A stretch of DNA of 64,000 bases, taken from assembly GCA_002269645.1 (NCBI GenBank), contig NIVC01001171.1, forward strand, positions 62,001 to 126,000, in the 5' to 3' direction. Made by a program: the position numbers and the translations under genes. Position 1 is the first letter of the stretch, and the number at the start of each line of letters is the position of its first letter. The notes below the pieces were generated by a model that was given only the letters and a program-made list of their open reading frames with translations, was not told the DNA's origin and made no database searches. The DNA is from Macrostomum lignano. Its lineage: Eukaryota. Below are positions 36,731-64,000 of the stretch, one piece after another.

Positions 36731-38640
36731 TTTTGGCTAACTGGGATGGATTAACGAACGGGGAAGTGGATTAACGTGTACGCGGAATTAAGTGAGGTTG
36801 ATTAACAAGCATAAAAATGGATTAATAGATAGTATTAACATATCTAGGAAGACAACGGGTTGTAGTTTCAAGAGATAGATTAAAATGTAGTAGAATTGAT
36901 CAACTGTTTCTAGTTGAATTAAATAAGTGTGATAAAAGTTGAATTGACTGTTTGTAAGGTTGAGCACAAGTTTATTAGCAATTTTGCTATTAGCAATTAG
37001 AGTGCGATGTCTTAGCGAAACACTGTATAGACTAGTACTCGTATTCGCTTTCGTTTTCACTTCCGATATTTATTTTACTTGTACAATAGTCTTTTATCAA
37101 TCCTCCTTTCATTGCAACAGTTTTAAATTGACAGGTTCATGTAAAGTCAATTTGACAACGGAATATTAATGGGTATAACAAAAAATGACTGATGAAAATT
37201 TAAATCGATAACAAAAAAATCTGCTTTTGTAGGCTGCTTTTTAGTTTGGCTTATTTAAAAAAATCTTTAACTTTGTTATACCGTGTCCGCAAAATTTTCC
37301 GGTTTAGAAGGTTTCCGGGTTTGTAAAAATATAAAAAAACAGTCTAATAAGCTACTCGTATATGCCAGCTTTTCATTCGGTTTTCTAAGCGAACCATTTG
37401 GCCCTAGATGTGACCCCTCGGCCATAATTGCCTTTTGCTAACTTAACTGCATAAATAGGCATAGAATCTGATATTCTTGATCAATAAACTTATTGCATTG
37501 AAAGCCTATATTACCGTCTTACTCTTCTCAGTAATGAATCTCTTAAAAAATTTAAGCATAAGTGACAGAATTTGGCGAACCGTTGTGATTGTCTGACCTT
37601 AAAATCCGGCTGAGTCCGGAGTCCTCTTGCCCTGGGTGCCTCTTCTCCCGACCCCTTGGCCTGGCCCCCAATAATGAGCTGGATAGGCGATGCCCTTGGG
37701 TTGGCAGCAATAGAGGTGGACGGTCTTCCCGCCTGGAGTCTCCCCCTCGGATACAAGCCTTCCAGACTCACTCCAAATTAGAGCTGGGTAGTGAAAAGCC
37801 TTGAGGCTCGAGACCTACAGTTGTCGGATTCTGTATAGGATCGCTCTTGGTAATTAGCTGCCCAGACTCGCTCCAATAGTTTAAGCCATTTCCAAGGTTT
37901 AGGAGTAGTTCCTCACTTGGACCGCTTTCAGTAGTATCCCAAACTTTTCGTTTTCAAATTTCTCTGCGCACACCCAAAAGACTTGCTGGCTGGGGGGGTG
38001 GTCTGGGTGGATTCGGTCCTAGCACCGTCCCTGATTCCACTGTTGGTTTGGCGGTGTCTTGTACCATAGGCTTGAAGTCCCTCGCCCCTTCCCTAGCTTT
38101 AAGCTGGGGCCCAACTAAATTGGTATTTGGGTATCTCGGGTACACAGTCTTATCTGTGCCCTTGGCAGTGCCCTCTGCGGCAGAGCCCCTCCCAGGGCTG
38201 ATCCGCGGGTAGCTAAGCTTCCCACCCCCGTTTAACAACAACCTTAAAATATCAAAGCTTCATTTTAAAAGCTTCATTAATTCTATAATTTTTTCTATGC
38301 AGATTTGAATTCATCATTTTCGTTACACCTGATCTTATTGTTTATATTTGTTTGTTTCAATTCTTCGTTTTATTTGCAATGTACGGTAAAAAATTGAAAA
38401 ACCTCCCCTTTTTTCTTCGCCATACTTCGCTTAACTTAACTACTGAATATAATAAGTAGTATGCTGCACTGTTTTTATCTTTTTAATTCTATTTTTAATA
38501 TATGACATGCGTTTTGCTTGGAATGAGAACGGCTTTTCCCATGCAGTGTTGTACACAAACACATGCACTGACTCTTTGGACTCCGCTTCTCTTGTACAAC
38601 CGAAATTTAAAGAATTTTACGCTCTAGATACTGAAGGAAT

Positions 38641-39340
38641 TGGTCTGCACACTCGATACCTGCTCCTCAGTCACACCTGATCATTGGTCTGCACACTCGA
38701 TACCTGCTCCTCAGTCACACCTGATCATTGGTCTGCACACTCGATACCTGCTCCTCAGTCACACCTGATCATTGGTCTGCACACTCGATACCTGCTCCTC
38801 AGTCACACCTGATCATTGGTCTGCACACTCGATACCTGCTCCTCAGTCACACCTGATCATTGGTCTGCACACTCGATACCTGCTCCTCAGTCACACCTGA
38901 TCATTGGTCTGCACACTCGATACCTGCTCCTCAGTCACACCTGATCATTGGTCTGCACACTCGATACCTGCTCCTCAGTCACACCTGATCATTGGTCTGC
39001 ACACTCGATACCTGCTCCTCAGTCACACCTGATCATTGGTCTGCACACTCGATACCTGCTCCTCAGTCACACCTGATCATTGGTCTGCACACTCGATACC
39101 TGCTCCTCAGTCACACCTGATCATTGGTCTGCACACTCGATACCTGCTCCTCAGTCACACCTGATCATTGGTCTGCACACTCGATACCTGCTCCTCAGTC
39201 ACACCTGATCATTGGTCTGCACACTCGATACCTGCTCCTCAGTCACACCTGATCATTGGTCTGCACACTCGATACCTGCTCCTCAGTCACACCTGATCAT
39301 TGGTCTGCACACTCGATCCTGCTCCTCAGTCACACCTGAT
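38641..39340. repeat. 44-bp minisatellite (TGGTCTGCACACTCGATACCTGCTCCTCAGTCACACCTGATCAT), ~16 copies
   Basis: Period 44 (38641/38685). Units are essentially identical. Confidence 0.96.
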
Positions 39341-40329
39341 CTTCATCATATGCTCCTCAGTCACGCCTAGTGGGACACCGAAAGTATGCAGTATCTGTGC
39401 TGAGCATCCTGCTGTCTGCCCTTGGCTTCATCATATGCTTCTAGACTTGTCCCATCCACTCACGCAGTGTAGACAGCGGCCCTGACTCTCATTAGGGGCT
39501 TAGCTGACCGCAGGAAAGACATCAAATGCTAGGGTTAGGATGTTCTTCAGGAAGTGTACATGTAGCTCGTAGGGTCTGTTGGTCTGTTGGAAAGTTGTCT
39601 CCTGAGTTCACAGCTAATAAAAGCTGACGAAGAGTGACTCCAGATAGCTTTTTACACATATTTAGAAGGACAACATGTGATTACAATCCGTTTAGCTCTT
39701 TACGTAGTGAATCAGTAAAAGGTAACTCAATATAAGATACATGTTAACAACGTTAAATAATTTGACCTTACATGTATATTTCACAAATATTAATAGTTGA
39801 ATCGTGAAAATTGTTTCTTTGAAAGTTATTAGTTTATTACTTGATAATCTTAATTCTATTTTGTGGGTTTCAGTTCAGACAGCAAATAAAATTGATTTTT
39901 CCAAAAGGAATAGTAGGATATAGTTTAGATTATCAAATATTCTAGGTAGTATCAAATGACAAATTTGACAAAAACAGAAAATAACTTTTAAAAATGGTCA
40001 GGCACAAGACTATATGGATTTAAATATTTTATCACAGGCCTGTGGAATTTCCATTAATTCATTTTGCTGTTGAAAATATATGCGTAATAAAAACTGTTAC
40101 TTCAGCAGCTTAGCGGCAGCCTTCAAACCAGTTGATAAAAAATATCTTTTTAGTTAAGCCGTGGATTGGCCTGCTGCCTGGCTAGACTCCACAATGCCAG
40201 AGGCTCTCTGCAAAAATAGTTGTTTAAAAAAATCTGGGCTTGTGAATTACGAACAATACACAATAATTAATTCAGTAGTATTTAATATAATATATTATTT
40301 TCTACCCCTTTCTTACGCTCGTAACACGC

Positions 40330-40775
40330 CCGTGTCACTTCTCTATGGTCCCAATTATATAGCCAGCTATCCTCGTGGTCGGAGTTGATTTGTCTATGTA
40401 CATTAGCCAAGCCAACCGCCGCGTGAAAGACAGTGTACATAGCTTAACTAGAGAATATTCTTATCTTGTCCACCTCCCCTGACTTTCTAAGCACGTCGTC
40501 ACTTCTGTATGTACAATTTTTTTGCCAGCTTTCCCCGCGCTTTGAGGTTGGGGGTTACGCTGCCAATGTGCGCCATTAGCTAACCGCCGCCCGAAAGACA
40601 ATGTAGCTATAATATATTCTTCTCTTGCCTCTGACTTTCTAAAAAAGACCTTGTCACTTCTGTATTCGTCTATTCGTCCCAATTTTATTGCCAGCTATCC
40701 TCGCGTTCTGGGGTTGAATGGGGATTAACTGCCAATGTACATTAGCTAACCGCCGCGCGAAGGGCAATGTACATC
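40330..40775. repeat. Degenerate ~170-bp tandem triplication
   Basis: GCCAGCT(A/T)TCC..CATTAGC..AACCGCCGC..AAG(A/G)CA(A/G)TGTA recurs three times; GACTTTCTAA..GTCACTTCTGTAT recurs twice. Confidence 0.6.
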
Positions 40776-42363
40776 CACAGCTATTCATGAACTGTTTAAA
40801 AAGTTATCACGTGATTTTGACTTTACACGATCGAGTGAGTTCTCTCTCTATCTTTAGTCAATTACGCAGAAAATGGTAGGGATTTGCTTTACTTGCTACT
40901 TAGTAACAGTTCGTGCCCAATGAGCTACAGATTTTTTATTCCAATTAAAATCAAAATTTAAAAAAACTCACCGAAATTTTCTTCAACTGCCGAAGTCGCC
41001 ACAACTTCTGCTCTTCTTCTTTCTTCTTCTTCCTGTGCTCCTCGATCTGAAGCGGAAGATTAAAAGACATCTTGTCACTGTGTTATTTTATTTTAGCGAA
41101 ATTTGATCGCGACCTCAAAATTCATTTTATCAACCCGAGTATCTTCTGCATTTTTTATAAATCAATATGCCCTTGATTGAAGGGTTGGAACGAAGAAGAC
41201 GTTGCAAGGCCAAGAGGATCTTTGCATCCAGATTCCCATCCGTCCTCTGTGGCTTCATCAAGCAGCTTTTCTTTATCCCCGATTCCAAATAGGATGCGAG
41301 CAACCTCTCTACTCTCCTCTCCGTTTTAGATGGCTATTCAAGCCTATAAAGTATAGATGGCATATATAGTTTATCTGCAATCCTTTACTCAACCGCGGGA
41401 GCAAGAAGTTAAAATTAAATTGCACTTTTAAAGCGTCATAGCTAAATAGCAAGATAGAGCAAGCTTCTAATGAGATATTTCGTGTTGCTAAGAGGGACAA
41501 GAGAGACTTGGAAACTGACCAATTGACATGTCTGGACCGAGCCCGCAATTCAGTTCTAAGCCAAGTACATGTAAGTGTGTCACGCAATCCAAGCCCCGTT
41601 TCGGTGCGTTCAGTTTAGACTATTAAACTATTCAGACGACATTCATTTTACTATACCAGTAGTACATGTACAGGTATACTAAACGTTTGGATGTTTACGG
41701 GACGGGAGGGACTTCTCAGAAGATCAAGCCTGCAGCTCTTATATTTTTATAAGTACGAGTGTATATTATATTTGTATGTTAGTATTAGGTTTATAAAGAA
41801 TTGGCCAATTCAGACAGATCAATCTTAACCCGAAATCAAAATCGAGAGAGAGAGAGAGAGAAGGGGAGAGTCGCTGGAAAATGCATTACTGAGATAGAAA
41901 GTTTCCAGCTTATTGGGACACTAAATTCCAATGATATCACCCTATGGATTTCTGACAATTGAAGTCTTCAAAAATATTCAGCTTAGCCAGGAGTTTATTT
42001 AATGCGCAGCTAGATAAGCGTAAATATTTATGATGAAGTATATAGGTTGGATAGTGTGCTGATTGCAGAAACAGAATTTACATTTTTATGAATAGGCTAG
42101 CTAGGTGAATTAGGGTCAACATGCGTGCAACATTTTGTCTGATGTTGAGACTGTGAAAATACTTAATTAATTATTGGATATCACTAAAAGAAACAAAAAA
42201 TCAATGTTTGTGTAGATCCATTCCAAATACAATTCTGAGTAGGTCTTATTAACAATATAGAGAGTATGGAATCGGTACCTTCCGTGACGAAGTTTTCAAT
42301 AAAAAATTCTGTTTGTTATTATTGCACTCTTTGTTGCTCCGTGAAAAAATCCCGAAAAAACTA

Positions 42364-42824
42364 CTGACCACAGATACTAAAATAACTAGGATGGGCCACT
42401 CAGGCATATATACTTAGTAAAACAGCTTTCTACTTTTTCAGTAGCAAAGATGAATACATAAGCTATTACATAAAAATAAAGGCAGCTGAAATGACTTTGA
42501 TAAGTTTAGTCTTTAGAAGCCCAGCTTGCAGGCGTAAACAACTTGCTAGTTGGTTCAGCAATAATGTACATTGGCCAGTCCACTGAAATGTACATGGCAG
42601 CTTTAGGCTGGAATTCCGAGCAAGGCAATAAAAATTGGGGCGGGGCGGGGGGGTAGTGTGGAAAGACGCGGTTGGAGGGTTTAGGCTGGGGGTAGAAGCC
42701 AATAAATGAGCCTTGGCTTTAAAATACATTAAATGCTTCTGTTTAACTTACTACTGAACTGAAAGTAGCCTACACGCATATGTGCTGAGTGGCCCATCTA
42801 GTTATTCTAATATTTGTGGTACTG
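42364..42824. mobile_element. MITE-like element immediately 3' of the Cys-loop receptor stop codon
   Basis: CCACAGATACTAAAATAACTAGGATGGGCCACTCAG is inverted against CTGAGTGGCCCATCTAGTTATTCTAATATTTGTGG. Confidence 0.65.
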
Positions 42825-42838
42825 ATTAAGCGTTCGAA

Positions 42839-44251
42839 TCAGCCGCGACGGCTGGCCAGGATCCAGATTGTGGCCACCAAGTTCAGCAGGCAGTAGATGA
42901 CGAAGAACATTCTGTCCAGCACGATGCCCATGTACCGCCAGGTGTTGGCGAAGCCCGACCCGCCCTCCGGCGGCGGGTGACGGCACGCCGACTTATTCGC
43001 CATCATTGTTGGCGCGGTCGGAATTGCCGCCTCCTCGGTTCCGGCGTCGCAGTCGAGATTCTCATCCTGTCCCTCGTCGTCCTTGGTGCCGTCGTTGTCT
43101 CCGTCTCCCTGATCGGCCCTCGCGCCGGACGTTGGACTGCGCGGATTCATGCGGAACGACAGCAGCTTGACGCGGCCATTGTGATGCGTGGCCCGGAAGC
43201 CGACCAGCGGGCCCAGCCGGTAGCAGCAGGCCGTGAGCCAGGCTGGCGGGCAGAAGTCGTTCGGCTTCAAGCTGATATTGTAGGCCGCGATGACCATGAG
43301 TGTGCACAGGCCCACTAGGCAGACTGTCAGGCAGAAGTACACGCCTAGGACCGGCACGGCGTCGCCTGAGCGGGGTATGTTGTCGGCGATGAGCAGCAGG
43401 AACACCACCAGGGACAGCAGGATTGTGGTGGAGTAGGCGATCCGCTCGCCGCACTCGGTCGGCAAGAAGAAGGAGAACGCGGCCAGCCAGGCCAGCAGCA
43501 TGCAGGGGAACAGCATGTAGGCCTGGTGGAACAGGTACTTGCGCCGCAGCCGCAGCTGGAACACCACCTCGGAGTAGATGGCTGGCTCGGCGCTCTCGTC
43601 AACTCCGACTCAACTCGGGAAGCCGGTGACCTCCCATTCGCCGTTGCTGGCTGACTCGAACGCGTGATCGTTGGCATCGCCGGCCTTGCGGGTGAGCAGG
43701 AAGTTGCTGGTGTCCTTCGTCCAGCTGCTGAAGGTGATGTTGCAGCGCTGGCTGTCGTAGGGGAAGCGGCTGATGTCGATTCGGCAGAAGGACTTCAGCA
43801 GGGCCTGGGCGCCCAGTTTGACCCAGCCGTCGCTGCGCACCCGAGCCGTGGACTCGCCGTAGATGAACATGCCCTCCTCGAAGTTGCCGTGCAACGACTC
43901 GTAGAAGATGAGGTCCGGGTACCAGAGCTCCTCGGATTTGATGGCGAACTCGGTGACATTGTTGAATCCGGCCGGGTCCCACATCAGGCGGCAGTCTCGC
44001 CAGGTTGACTCAATCCACACGTCGACGCTGAGCATCTGGGTTGGCTCGTCCAGGTCGAACAGCTGGTAGAGCAGCATGTCCTGGCCGACCTCGAGTCGGT
44101 CGCCCTGCTTGCAGATCGGCATGGCATTGCTGTTGTATCCATCGAACAGGCTGGTCAGAAGGTCGTCGTAGATGGTCTTCGCGGCAACGGCCTTGGCATC
44201 GCAGGGCAGCAGCAAAAGTAGCAGCGGGAGGTGCAGCAGAATCCGAGGCAT
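42839..44251 (-). CDS. Intronless Cys-loop ligand-gated ion channel, nAChR-like non-alpha subunit; one in-frame TGA at 43610-43612 (codon 214 of 470)
   Basis: Signal peptide MPRILLHLPLLLLLL, WYPDL, Cys-loop CRIDISRFPYDSQRC, FSSWT, GEWEV, RRKYLFH, M1-M3 with PTECGERI, M4 VLDRMFFVIY. ORFs 43610-44293 and 42839-43567 share one frame separated only by TGA plus 14 sense codons. Confidence 0.9.
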
Positions 44252-45896
44252 TGTCAGAGAGATTGCGCCAGAATAAATCGGTGCAACTTTCAAGTTTAAA
44301 GCGGTGACCTGGGAATCTCGGGCAGCTGGGCAGGGCAGAAGGTTTCGGCAAGAATGGTGATTATTTATCAGTATTCCAGGCCGAGCGTTCTCTTAGCTTG
44401 CCGCCTGCTTGCGTCTTGCGATTCTGTCCAATCTGGGGCAGCGAAGCCGCTTGTTCCAGTTTCTAGACTTGTTTCCAAGCTAAAGTCGCGGCACACCAGC
44501 ATCGGTTTTTAGGGCTGGCCTGGCTTCAGGCTTGCACGGACGCGCACTTTTTATTATCGACTCCCCCTCCCTCCCCTCCTCTTCCTCCGGCCCCTCAATG
44601 CTTGGCGACCTTGCTTGGCGTCAAATGGAGAGCAGGATTCGTCGGGAACAGAGAGAAAGAGAAAGATGTGGGGCCGGCACAAGGGGAGGCAGGGAGGTGC
44701 CGTACGCAGCCTCCACCCAACCTGACACACTAGCTGCATCTATCTATCTGCTGCCTGTCCAAAGCGGCAAATCTCAAGCGCCATTAGTCTCTCTTCGACG
44801 CGTCGCTTTCTTTCTCTGTTCTCATGCGTCTTCTCCCCCTCTGTATCTCAAGTCCGTGTACTTGTACACCATCTAGTTTAGTCACTATAGCTGCTGTTGA
44901 ACTGAGTACTGTAGAGGCTCGATAGACAACGGATCGGAGTTGGCCATTGTGCTGATATAATTTGGCTATTCATTTCTAGCTCCAACTTTCATGCTGTCCG
45001 GCTCTAGCAGTGGGTGGATAGGTAATCTATCTACCTATCTATAAGTAGTATTGTTATCTACTAACGGCTTGGCTCCGTTGTAGCTTCAGAGATATTTTCT
45101 GAGCAGAGTAGCCAAGGAGACCGCTAACGTAAATCTGGAGTTATCGGCCTCTTCCCCACTCACAAAGCTTCCACACAGCGGGGATAGGAGGGGAGTTTCA
45201 GCGATATAAAAGTCTACTAATTTAACATAGAATTATTTTGCTCTGGTGAAACCAATTTTAAAAAGATTGGCCTTTAATTTCTTAGCTTCTCAACAGAGAT
45301 TAGAAATTGAGAGAAATCGCGAATGAAAATGAGGTTGTTAACAGTAGCTTTTCCAGGTTTTGTTTCACAGGTCTCCTTGGAACAGCTCTCGGGCAGCAGT
45401 TGATTTTAGCTGATTAATGATTTATGACAGGCGAGGACAATGCCCAACCACACACTGGACGCTGAGAGGATTGTGGGGCCGAAATAATTTCTAGTTGTGC
45501 GCTTCTGTAGTAGATGTGAGATACCCACTGATCCTAATTATAGTCATGTTAATCCCAAGGATTATGTTCCTTGGCAAATTTTAGCTCGTAGGAGGCAGGA
45601 GGCACCAATGAGCCGAGCCGAGCCATTTTTATTGTTTTTAGGCACAGGACATTGCCATTGTTACATAGAATATAAAATCAGCATAGAATCCTAATTCCAC
45701 ATCTACCACAGAAAGGTAAAACTTATAAAAAGATGAACATTGGGTCTGCCTTCTATCAAAAGCAAGAACAGTTTTTGTGCTGAAACGATAAAACACTCCT
45801 ATCTCCGTAATGTATTTTCTTCCGAAAATTTTTCCAAGAAACGTTGTTTCCCATCCTTCTATTTTAGTAGTCCTTGGATGAGCCAAGGTAACTTAC

Positions 45897-64000
<18,104 letters not shown>

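Noticed and set aside
37470-38250. Moderately GC-rich coding-like island (ORFs 37511, 37589, 37954)
   Set aside because: It gives short frames with stops and no recognisable motif on either strand. It is probably a decayed TE fragment, but I cannot support a call.
43610-43612. Selenocysteine recoding of the TGA
   Set aside because: The position aligns with a basic residue rather than the loop-C cysteines, and no SECIS-like AUGA..AA..GA stem is apparent by eye in the adjacent 3'UTR. Not formally excluded.

Overview
Eukaryotic (animal) genomic DNA. GC-rich exons sit between introns packed with tandem repeats; this style suggests a free-living flatworm such as Macrostomum, which is an inference. 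Positions 1-12.4 kb are a transposon graveyard. It holds a Harbinger/ISL2EU-type transposase remnant whose reading frame runs into a USP-type deubiquitinase Cys box, a 176-bp satellite, a hAT-like element with 8-bp TSDs, MITEs, a Zn-finger transposase remnant and a CACTA/EnSpm remnant. Positions 12.5-36.2 kb hold five co-oriented + strand genes: TRMT1 (5 exons), a front-end fatty-acid desaturase (2 exons), an orphan 138-aa ORF, and two divergent single-pass membrane paralogs sharing a CYCSC + half-LDLa module. On the - strand lie an intronless Cys-loop (nAChR-like) subunit with one in-frame TGA (42.8-44.3 kb) and the 3' ~1750 codons (18 exons, 45.9-64 kb) of a divergent IP3R/RyR-family channel lacking the GGGxGD filter. 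Most long ORFs in the supplied track are artefacts of tandem repeats or antisense shadows of exons. All gene models were built by hand from GT-AG signals and phase consistency; no database searches were run.
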